Shown one piece after another: positions 39,008 to 47,705 of a stretch of 64,000 bases of DNA. Under the pieces are notes generated by a model, which saw nothing but the letters and a program-made list of their open reading frames with translations, did not search any database and was not told the origin of the DNA. Location of the stretch: assembly GCA_019057795.1 (NCBI GenBank), contig JAHLWS010000075.1:44498-108497 (forward strand), written 5' to 3'. Made by a program: the position numbers and the translations under genes. Source of the stretch: Promethearchaeota archaeon. GTDB lineage: Archaea; Asgardarchaeota; Lokiarchaeia; Sigyniarchaeales; SOKP01. Position 1 is the first letter of the stretch, and each line of letters begins with the position of its first letter.

Positions 39008-40612
39008 ATGGATAAAACGTTATTCGTCTGCCGTTCTTGCGGGTATGGTTTTCCAAAGGAGTTATCTGAACTTATAGATAATAAAGTACAAGTTTACTGC
39101 GAAATGTGCGGAACGCCTTTCTCTTTGGCGGGAATAAGATTTAAACAAGCTTCTGTAAAAAAATCAGAAAAATCGATTCCTATACTTTCCAGGTCTTCAA
39201 TTAGGGGCAAGAGAAAATCTAAACTTGATAAAGCAATAAAAAAATTAAATAAATTTGATATTATTCCAATTGTTATCTTTTCAATCTTAGTTATAATTTT
39301 AAATTTAATCTTTATATTTGCTGGAATTAATCAATTAATTAGTTCTTATTTAATTGTAGGTAGTGGCGTATTAATTATTATATATGACTCAAAGTATATT
39401 TCCCCAAAAATTAAATCGGATAGTTATGATGACATTGCATTAGATGCAATTTGTTATGGGATCTTAGGTTGTATTATTTACGGCACTGGTGCAATACTTT
39501 TGATTAAAGGGATATTGATTTTTATATACTCAATTCAAAACCACGAAAGCAACAATCATAAAGCTTATAATTTTGGTCTTAAACTAAAAAATTCAATAAA
39601 CAATTTTTCAGCAAAAGCAGGTTTCGTAATCGTATTACTTGTGCTTTATGGAACATTCTCTGGTCGTATTGATGTTTTCTTCTTAAGATTCCAAGAAGAA
39701 CTTCTTAATTTCAGTAATTTGCCACTTTTAGTTATAATAGGTATATTATCTGCAATCGCAGCAATTATTATAATACCTATTAGTGTCTTAATAATAGATT
39801 TAAAGTTAAGGGCTAAAATTCACGAGAAGCGAGAGTTTACAGGTCGTGACGCGCTTCAAACATTCATTTTGGGAGCAATAGGTACTGCTTTCTTGAATAT
39901 AGGGATCTTTATTTTGTTAAAGTCGATTTTATTGTTTTTGCTTTTTGTAGGAAAACCAATCGATTTAATTGAAAAACCTAAATTAAAAGGAGAAGAAATT
40001 GAAATCATTCCAGCTCAAAAAGTAGAACCAATAGAAGCAGTTGTTAAAAAAGAAGAGCTACAATTGGTAGAAACAGATAATGTACCCCCAGAACCGAAAC
40101 TTCAGGCAATTAGTGCTAAAAAAGAGCTTCCGTCAGAAGAAGAGGAAGAAGTTAAAGTTATTGAGGAGGCACATAAAAAAGAAAAAGTTGAAGAATTACC
40201 TCCCAAATTAAAAGAAATAAAAAAGAAAGAGAAAGAAATTAAATTAAGACTTCACGAGTCGCTTTTACCGGTAAAAAACGAGAAGGATAGGAAGGTAGTA
40301 AAGGAGTACTTTTCAAAAATATTTAATATCATCTCCAAAGATTTGAGAAAACAAATATTAGAACTTGAAATACCTAAAAAACAACGAAAAGAAATATTAA
40401 AAGAATTAGCTTTCTTAGCTGAGGAGGAACAACTGAAGTACATCGGAGCGTTGAGAAATTTATACGAGACTATTCCAAAGAAATTGATCGAGAGAATACG
40501 TAAGCTTCAAAACGTTAAACCACAGTATTATGATAAAATAGTGGAAGAGTTGAAATATTTGGATAGCGAGGAACAAATAGAATTTGTAATATTTTTAGAG
40601 AAAAACGCCTAA
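39008..40612 (+). CDS. Zinc-ribbon plus multi-TM plus charged C-terminal domain protein, hypothetical
   Basis: CRSCG...CEMCG, a TM region with an internal duplication, and a Glu/Lys-rich tail. Confidence 0.7.
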   Translation: MDKTLFVCRSCGYGFPKELSELIDNKVQVYCEMCGTPFSLAGIRFKQASVKKSEKSIPILSRSSIRGKRKSKLDKAIKKLNKFDIIPIVIFSILVIILNLIFIFAGINQLISSYLIVGSGVLIIIYDSKYISPKIKSDSYDDIALDAICYGILGCIIYGTGAILLIKGILIFIYSIQNHESNNHKAYNFGLKLKNSINNFSAKAGFVIVLLVLYGTFSGRIDVFFLRFQEELLNFSNLPLLVIIGILSAIAAIIIIPISVLIIDLKLRAKIHEKREFTGRDALQTFILGAIGTAFLNIGIFILLKSILLFLLFVGKPIDLIEKPKLKGEEIEIIPAQKVEPIEAVVKKEELQLVETDNVPPEPKLQAISAKKELPSEEEEEVKVIEEAHKKEKVEELPPKLKEIKKKEKEIKLRLHESLLPVKNEKDRKVVKEYFSKIFNIISKDLRKQILELEIPKKQRKEILKELAFLAEEEQLKYIGALRNLYETIPKKLIERIRKLQNVKPQYYDKIVEELKYLDSEEQIEFVIFLEKNA

Positions 40613-40638
40613 TAATTAAAAAAAGACTTTCTTAAAAA

Positions 40639-41541
40639 ATGTCGCTTGAAAAAAGAAGAGAAACTGGAGAAAAAAGAAAAATGAAAGAGTTAGAAGCAAG
40701 TTCATTTAGGCGTTTAAATTTCGCTCCTTTACAAGATGTTAAAACAGTAAAAAAACCAAAAATAGCAGAACAAGAAAAGTTAATCGAGGAATTAACTGAA
40801 GTAGAGAAGGATGTTTTAGAAATAGCCAAAATAATTTTAAAATTAAAAAGATACGACGCTGATTTTGATATCGAAGTCGCTTCTGAAGCAGAATTGCAGA
40901 AATTTCCCATAATTGAAAAGTTATACGCAAAGAGCATAGCAAAACTTGCGTATAAGAAAGGTTATAGCAAAGAAGAAATATTCTTGGCTATTAGAAGTTT
41001 AGAAGAAAAGAGTTGGATTGTAACCAACGAAAGAAGAACCAAGTTAGAGATTCTAAATAACGAGAAACTATCAAAAATTCTTAACTTCATAAAAAATAAT
41101 CCCGGAGTTCACGCTAGAGATGGGAAAATCGAAGAAGAATTAAGCATTACAAGAACCCCATTTTTAAAACATATAATGACATTAGAACGATTTAAACTTA
41201 TTAGATCAAAAAAAATAGGAAAATCTTTGCATTATTTCTTGGTTGATGTTCCCGAGGATTACGATAAGTATAAGGTGATATTTTTAAACCCCTTAATCCC
41301 AAAATTAATTGAGGAAATTTTTAAAGATGAGAGTATTGCCATTTCAAAAATAGGAGAAATTCTTGATGTTTATTCTGGAACAATTCAATATCACATGAAA
41401 AAGTTAAAAGATTTGGATTTAATAAAGTCTATTAAGAATAAACAAAATCAAAAAATACATTTGGTTAATATTGAACTACTCAAAGAGTTTAACGAGTTTT
41501 TCAAAGAACCTAACTTTTCTAAATTATTACAAGGTTTATGA
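40639..41541 (+). CDS. Winged helix-turn-helix domain protein
   Basis: ILNFIKNNPG.H......L.......HI..LE...LI, then I..I...L....GTIQYHMKKL...LI. Confidence 0.8.
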   Translation: MSLEKRRETGEKRKMKELEASSFRRLNFAPLQDVKTVKKPKIAEQEKLIEELTEVEKDVLEIAKIILKLKRYDADFDIEVASEAELQKFPIIEKLYAKSIAKLAYKKGYSKEEIFLAIRSLEEKSWIVTNERRTKLEILNNEKLSKILNFIKNNPGVHARDGKIEEELSITRTPFLKHIMTLERFKLIRSKKIGKSLHYFLVDVPEDYDKYKVIFLNPLIPKLIEEIFKDESIAISKIGEILDVYSGTIQYHMKKLKDLDLIKSIKNKQNQKIHLVNIELLKEFNEFFKEPNFSKLLQGL

Positions 41542-41547
41542 CTTTGT

Positions 41548-42426
41548 TTAAACTAAAGTGTGTTGTATTTTTGGAAGGGTTTTTATTAAAATTTTAATTG
41601 CGTTATCAACCCCAACCACCATATCAGGATGAATTTCGTTTGAATTAAGTAGATCAAACTGAGGATGGCCTGGTAAATCTGATACTGAAAGAATTGAAGC
41701 TGTTTTTAAGTTATAGAGTTGACCTAGCAAAAATAAAATCGAAGATTCCATATCGATTGCTTTGATATTGATTGATTTTAATGCTCGCATAAAATCAAAT
41801 GTTTCACAAAATAACGCATCTGTCGTCCAAAGAAGTACTTCTTTTGCTTTTTTAGGATTAAAAGCACGAGATTCTTTGATTAATAAATCCTTTAAAATTT
41901 CATTTGGTTTTGAAATAAAAATAGTGTGATTTCCTGCAATTACATTTTGAAAAGTAGATAAAGGATTACTTATTGATTCCAGTTGATTTAATAACGTTTG
42001 ATTAGCTCTAATATATTGAGGGGTCGTTCCATCATCGCAGTAAGCCAATTTTGGGACCACAACATCGCCAATATCAATACCGGTATTCTCTCCATAAATA
42101 CCTCCGCAAAAATCCACTCTAACAATAATTTTTGCTTTAGAACGTTTCAAACTTTCTATTGTAAGCGCTGCGTTTGGACATCCTACTTGAGAACGAATTA
42201 CACTTACTCTAATTCCGTTTAATATTCCATTGTAAACTTTACCATGAACAACCTTATTTTGTAACTTATTAACTAACTTTTTCATTACTATCTTAACTGC
42301 GGGCATTATAACAATCTCATTAATGTTTGAAGAGCTAGTTTCTAATATCATTCTCACTATCTTGTCATCAACGCTGATGAATTTCAACCCCAAATTTAGC
42401 ATTTGGCTTTTTATTTTATTTAACAT
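41548..42426 (-). CDS. Nucleoside phosphorylase family protein (PNP/UDP type)
   Basis: VG.PNAA...E.L, IVRV..CG, IGDVV, DGTT..Y, WTTDA...ET, AIDMESS, VSD. Confidence 0.85.
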   Translation of the reverse strand: MLNKIKSQMLNLGLKFISVDDKIVRMILETSSSNINEIVIMPAVKIVMKKLVNKLQNKVVHGKVYNGILNGIRVSVIRSQVGCPNAALTIESLKRSKAKIIVRVDFCGGIYGENTGIDIGDVVVPKLAYCDDGTTPQYIRANQTLLNQLESISNPLSTFQNVIAGNHTIFISKPNEILKDLLIKESRAFNPKKAKEVLLWTTDALFCETFDFMRALKSINIKAIDMESSILFLLGQLYNLKTASILSVSDLPGHPQFDLLNSNEIHPDMVVGVDNAIKILIKTLPKIQHTLV

Positions 42427-42600
42427 TTTAGTTCGAAAAAATTTAAATCCATTTTCAATTATATTTTATATTTCGCTTGGTAATTTTTCTTAAAAATTAT
42501 ATTTGTTAAAGAAATTGTTAATACTCAAAATGTTTAAATATTTAAATATGCGTTTGTGAAATATTCAATTCTGTTAAAATAATATTGTAAGTGAAATAAA

Positions 42601-42810
42601 TTGGTGATTATAAGAAGTAAAATAATTTTTATAGTAATTTTTATAACCTGCTTGATTGGTGGAATTGCCCTTGCGATATATGGATATAGGATATTGGCGC
42701 AATGGAATGTAAGTGGCATGCTTTATTTTGCTGGTGGTATAATAATTATAATCTTCACCGTGATTGTTGGCATTTATGCTTTTGTAAGATTGCGTAGAGA
42801 ATGGTGGTAA
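42601..42810 (+). CDS. Small two-TM protein, hypothetical
   Basis: Two hydrophobic helices and a basic/Trp C-terminus. Confidence 0.5.
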   Translation: MVIIRSKIIFIVIFITCLIGGIALAIYGYRILAQWNVSGMLYFAGGIIIIIFTVIVGIYAFVRLRREWW

Positions 42811-42839
42811 CTAACTGGGTAATTCAGCTTCATTTAGGA

Positions 42840-43151
42840 AGCCTCTTGATTATCGAATAACTATTAGACCAATTAAGGAAAGATTTGAACATAGACGATC
42901 ATTTTGCACAGTTGAAGGATTTATCGGATAAAATGGATTAATTAGAGACAGCTTGGAAAATTTCTCTTTTTACATGTTCCTTGTGCGGCTCTCGAACGAG
43001 CGACATGCCCTTTAATACACATTTTAAACGGTGGTTTTGCGTTAATTCTTATAAAGAGAATCACGAGTTCTATGAAAACAAGGCAAGAGAAGGAAGAATA
43101 TGGAACGCCGAAGATGCTTATCGAACACCATCTACTAAATGGTATCCTTAG
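42840..43151 (+). pseudogene. Degraded zinc-finger protein gene
   Basis: One frame reads ...IIE*LLDQLRKD...KMD*LETAWKISLFTCSLCGSRTSDMPFNTHFKRWFCVNSYKE...KWYP* with two in-frame stops. Confidence 0.45.
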
Positions 43152-43360
43152 TAAAGGTACACACAGTCGAGTGTAACTGATTGGATATCTATATCCGAGA
43201 AAATAGAATTTAAATTTTTTTTTAATTATATTTTATAAGTCGCTTGCTAATTACTAAGCTACTTATATTTCTAAATAATAATTTTTAATATCTTAAGTAA
43301 ATACATTTACCTATAATTATAAACTACTAAAATTCGAAGAAATAATAGTGGCACTCAGAT

Positions 43361-44650
43361 ATGAAAAACCAATACATTGTTAATAATAAAATTACAAACG
43401 ATTTTGTTGAAAAATACACAAAAACGACATATCGTATAATAGGTAGGAATAAGCACACTGCAATTAAACCTTGTCATTGGTTAGAACAAAAATTATTAAC
43501 AGGTAGAGATAATCGAAATTGTTATAAAGGAGTTTTTGGAATTCAAAGCCACAGATGTTTACAAAATACTCCTTCTATGCCGTTCTGCAACCATCAATGC
43601 GTATTTTGTTGGAGAGACATTGAATTAGGAAGTTTGGGCAGTGAATTTATTGTTGAGCCGGACGAACCAAAAGATCTAGTTGATGAAATGATCCGCCACC
43701 AGCGTGATATTATAAAAAATCATTTGCCGTTAAGAAGATATCTTGAAAATTACGAAATTATGGTGGACACGCTCAATTTTATGTTATCGAATGATGATAA
43801 TTATAATATAAATTCACTTTCCAGAAACCTTCATGTAAGTAAAAACAAGGTTGACCGCGCTGTTAATTTACTAAAAAATCAAAAATTTATTACGGCTACA
43901 GATGATTCTTTGAAAAATTATAGAGTCGAGAAAGAGATTTCCTGCTGTATTGATTCACGAGATGAAATAATAAAGTTATTCAATTTAGCATTAACGACTC
44001 CTGATGAGATAATGCAAGTTCATGGCGAAGCCATGAATCCAAATCACGCCGCAATATCACTTGATGGTGAACCGCTATTATATCCCAAAATAGGCGGATT
44101 GGTTGAAGAATTCCGGAATCGCAACATGACGTCATTTATTGTAACTAACGGAACGCTACCAGAAATGATTGAAAGTTTAAATTCATTACCTTCCCAACTG
44201 TATATAACCTTACCTGCACCAAACGAGACGGTGTATAAAAAAGTTTGCCGCCCTATGATTAAAAATGGGTGGGGTAAAATATTAGACACCTTAGATTTAG
44301 TTGAAAGTTTATCTTGTAGAAGCTTAGTAAGAATAACAGCTGTAAAAAACTTAAATTTATCTGAAAATTACATAAAGGACTATATTAAATTAATTGATAA
44401 AGCTAATCCAAATTTTTTTGAAATAAAAGGATTTACATTACAAGCAAAAGCGCTCATGATCAACGAAAGGCTAAAAAGCGATAAAAAACTCCAATATTAC
44501 TTCCCAGAATATGAATATTTAGAAGAATTAGCTCTAAAATTCGAAGAGATTGGAAATTTTCCTTTAATATACACAAATAAGGCAAGTAGGGACTTTTTGT
44601 TTGCCGTAAATTGGGATAAAGACAAAGACCCAAAAATAACAACTCTATAA
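43361..44650 (+). CDS. taw1: 4-demethylwyosine synthase Taw1/TYW1 (radical SAM) with an internal insertion
   Basis: HTAIKPCHW, CYK..FGI.SHRCLQ.TP, CNHQCVFCWR, HAAISL.GEP.LYP, VTNGT.P, PSQLYI, FEIKG. Confidence 0.93.
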   Translation: MKNQYIVNNKITNDFVEKYTKTTYRIIGRNKHTAIKPCHWLEQKLLTGRDNRNCYKGVFGIQSHRCLQNTPSMPFCNHQCVFCWRDIELGSLGSEFIVEPDEPKDLVDEMIRHQRDIIKNHLPLRRYLENYEIMVDTLNFMLSNDDNYNINSLSRNLHVSKNKVDRAVNLLKNQKFITATDDSLKNYRVEKEISCCIDSRDEIIKLFNLALTTPDEIMQVHGEAMNPNHAAISLDGEPLLYPKIGGLVEEFRNRNMTSFIVTNGTLPEMIESLNSLPSQLYITLPAPNETVYKKVCRPMIKNGWGKILDTLDLVESLSCRSLVRITAVKNLNLSENYIKDYIKLIDKANPNFFEIKGFTLQAKALMINERLKSDKKLQYYFPEYEYLEELALKFEEIGNFPLIYTNKASRDFLFAVNWDKDKDPKITTL

Positions 44651-44674
44651 TAACGTAAAAAAGAGTTTTAAAAC

Positions 44675-45304
44675 TTAATTTTCTAGGTGTGTATTTATAG
44701 TGCGTTTCAATTTGTCTAAATTTGTTTTCTTTAACGCAGAGAATTCTAAATAGGGCGTTTTAGAGCGATCGTTAGAGATTTTCTCGTTTACATGAATTAA
44801 ATTTAGTCCATATTCCTTAGCGGTATTAATAAATAAAGAGATTATTCTCTTCTTATCAAAAACTGAGATTTTATCGATTTTATTCAAGATAACTAAAAGA
44901 GGGATGTCAAATTCTTTTAAAAATTTAATTAATTCAAATGTTAACGGAATTGTAATTTGACTTTGAAAGTGATATTTTTTTAACTCATCTTCAATTCTTA
45001 AAATGCTTACTATTACTAAACCAAAAAAGTATTTGTTATGATGCTTTTCGATGTGAACAACTAATTGCTTCTTTATATGTTCCTCTCTGCGTCGGCTAGG
45101 ACTTTTCATATAACCAAAACCAGGCAAATCTAAAATGTCGTACGGCATTTGAGGTATCTTTATAGCCTTAATTAGTAAAGTGCTTCCTGGCCGTTTGCCA
45201 GTTTTTCCTTTGAACTTTCTCGGATTTGGAAGCAAAAGTTTGGTAACTGAGCTCTTTCCTACATTACTATTCCCAATAATTAAAAGAGAGGGTTTATCTG
45301 CCAT
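44675..45304 (-). CDS. engB: EngB/YihA-like GTP-binding protein
   Basis: GNSNVGKSS, GKRPGST, DLPGFGYM, NKIDK, FSAL. Confidence 0.88.
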   Translation of the reverse strand: MADKPSLLIIGNSNVGKSSVTKLLLPNPRKFKGKTGKRPGSTLLIKAIKIPQMPYDILDLPGFGYMKSPSRRREEHIKKQLVVHIEKHHNKYFFGLVIVSILRIEDELKKYHFQSQITIPLTFELIKFLKEFDIPLLVILNKIDKISVFDKKRIISLFINTAKEYGLNLIHVNEKISNDRSKTPYLEFSALKKTNLDKLKRTINTHLEN

Positions 45305-45344
45305 GATTGTTACCCATTATTTATTATAAATATATTGAAGAATT

Positions 45345-46262
45345 CTATATATCAAGAAATTCGTCTTTTAGAAAATCTGTGTACATTTTTTTCTTTTCTT
45401 CTTCTTTTAGAATAGGCCTTGTACTGATAGGTTCTCCAACTTTTTCTAAAATTTCTCTGATGCCTTTTATTCCAATATTAATTTTGAATTTACCTCCTTT
45501 CATATATTTTACAACTTGCTTATCATTTAGAGTAAGTCTCAAAATGTAACCTAGTCCAAAATAGAATTGATTTTCCGGGATGGGATCAATGGGGCTTTTG
45601 CTCGTAACTTCTTTCAGCATATCATAAAGCAACGCTTTACTCACGAAACTATCTTCTGCTTGATAAACTAAATAATAAAGAGAGTGGTACCAAATTTTAT
45701 CGCGTTTATTCTTAACACGCTCTAAAAATTTTTCTGGAGTTATAATTTCCTTCGCTTTTTCTTTTTTCCGCTCTATAAGTTCTAGTTTGATACGTTCTTC
45801 TAATTCTGAAGATACACCTCTGCTAACGGGAGTTTGGAGAATATTTTCCCCCGTTACTTGGCTATCTTCTTGTTTTACTGTTTCTATAGCTTTTTGCATA
45901 TCCTGAAGCTCATCAAAATCGATTTCTTCAAGATCAGAGAAATCGCTAATCATTGCTTCCTTTTGTGCTAAGTAATCTTCGCGTTCATTTGTTTGGAGCT
46001 CAGATCTAATTAAATCAAGTTCTTTTGATATTCCCTCTTCAATAGCTTCTTCGTTTTCTAAGGACTCAAGTTCTTTAACTTTTGCTATTGCTTCTTGCAT
46101 TTCTTTTAATTCGTCGAGGTCTAGATCTTCCAAATCAGAAAAGTCAGTTTCGAGATTTTTCATATCTGATAAATAGGTTTCTAAATCATCTTGGTCTTGT
46201 GTTGACTCTTGTTTATCATCATTGCTTTTTTCTTCGTTCTGCTTTTCTTGATCTTCGGTCAT
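45345..46262 (-). CDS. Hypothetical protein with an acidic duplicated N-terminal region
   Basis: Long ORF with SD-like GATGTGA upstream and a repeated DFSDLE..D.DEL..MQ.AI..VK motif. Confidence 0.75.
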   Translation of the reverse strand: MTEDQEKQNEEKSNDDKQESTQDQDDLETYLSDMKNLETDFSDLEDLDLDELKEMQEAIAKVKELESLENEEAIEEGISKELDLIRSELQTNEREDYLAQKEAMISDFSDLEEIDFDELQDMQKAIETVKQEDSQVTGENILQTPVSRGVSSELEERIKLELIERKKEKAKEIITPEKFLERVKNKRDKIWYHSLYYLVYQAEDSFVSKALLYDMLKEVTSKSPIDPIPENQFYFGLGYILRLTLNDKQVVKYMKGGKFKINIGIKGIREILEKVGEPISTRPILKEEEKKKMYTDFLKDEFLDI

Positions 46263-46411
46263 TTAGATCACATCCAATCTAATTAATTCTCAAAATACCT
46301 ATAATATTAATAATAACCTTTAATTCTTTAAATGTTAAGATTTGTATATATAAATAATTTGAAACATTTTATTAATAATAATTAAATAAAGACATATTTT
46401 CACATAATATT

Positions 46412-46972
46412 ATGTCAAACGAAGAAAAAGAGTATAAATTTAAAATTACGGTAATAGGTAATGGTGGCGTCGGAAAAACAACTTTAGTTAAAAAGTATAC
46501 TACTGGATCATTTCAAAAGGATTATATCGCTACTCTAGGCGCTCAGTTCTCAAAATACGAAGAGATTATAGAAGGGAACCAAATTAGTTTATTCATATGG
46601 GATATTGCAGGTCAAGATGTTTTTGAAACAATGCGTAGTAAGTTTTATAATGGAAGTAGTGCTGCAATTATAGTGTTTTCTCACGCACCAGAAGAAATAA
46701 CGAGTTTTAATCACGTTGATAAATGGCTTAAAGAACTTAATGAATATTGTGGAAATATTCCAATTGCATTATTTGGAAATAAGATCGATTTAATTGATGA
46801 GAAAGATTTAGCTCTAAACGAGGATAAATTAAATTCTGATTTCAACGTTGGAAAATATTCGAAGGATCATAAATTCATTGGATATTTTAAAACAAGCGCT
46901 TTAACAGGTCAAGGTGTTATTGAAGCATTTCAAAAGTTAGTTAGAGACCTTTACTTTAAAACTACTATATAA
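46412..46972 (+). CDS. Rab-like small GTPase
   Basis: GNGGVGKTT, TLG, WDIAGQ, GNKID, TSAL. Confidence 0.94.
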   Translation: MSNEEKEYKFKITVIGNGGVGKTTLVKKYTTGSFQKDYIATLGAQFSKYEEIIEGNQISLFIWDIAGQDVFETMRSKFYNGSSAAIIVFSHAPEEITSFNHVDKWLKELNEYCGNIPIALFGNKIDLIDEKDLALNEDKLNSDFNVGKYSKDHKFIGYFKTSALTGQGVIEAFQKLVRDLYFKTTI

Positions 46973-47111
46973 TTTAAATTCCCTTATTTTTTTATTCAAC
47001 AAATCTATACTCTTGAACACTGAAGCAACGTATTAATATTTCTTTTTGTGAAGATTTAAAAAATTCAATTATTACTAATTAAAAAAGTAAGAAATTATTT
47101 TACAAAATATT

Positions 47112-47666
47112 ATGTCTGAAAAAGCTTTTGGATTTAAAATAATTATTATAGGTGCTCCGGCCGTCGGGAAAACATCGTTAATTAGAAAGTATACTACTGA
47201 TTCATTTCAGAAAAGTTATATCTCTACTTTGGGGGCTCAGTTTTCGAAATATGAAGAAGAGATCGATGGTGAAAAAGTCGAATTGTTTATTTGGGACATA
47301 GCGGGTCAAGATAGTTTTAATGTAATGCGGCAAAAGTTTTATACCGGAAGTAGTGGCGCCATCGTTGTCTTTTCTCACGCTCCAGAACAAACTACAAGTT
47401 TTAATCTTGTTGATAAATGGCTCAATGAACTTAGAGAACATTGTGGAAACATTCCAATTGCGCTATTTGGTAATAAAATCGATCTTATTGATGAAAACGA
47501 TTTAACATTGAATAAAGATAAAGCAACTTCAGATTATAATGTTGGAAAATATGTAATCGATAATAGATTTCTTGGGTATTTTAAAACTAGCGCCTTAACA
47601 GGCCAATGTGTAATTGAAGCGTTTCAAGTTTTAGTTAGGAAGCTTTATTTAAAAGCTAAAATGTAA
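47112..47666 (+). CDS. Rab-like small GTPase (tandem paralog)
   Basis: GAPAVGKTS, TLG, WDIAGQ, GNKID, TSAL. Confidence 0.94.
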   Translation: MSEKAFGFKIIIIGAPAVGKTSLIRKYTTDSFQKSYISTLGAQFSKYEEEIDGEKVELFIWDIAGQDSFNVMRQKFYTGSSGAIVVFSHAPEQTTSFNLVDKWLNELREHCGNIPIALFGNKIDLIDENDLTLNKDKATSDYNVGKYVIDNRFLGYFKTSALTGQCVIEAFQVLVRKLYLKAKM

Positions 47667-47705
47667 TTAAAAATAATAAAAAAGAAACAGAAATAATAAA
47701 AAATT

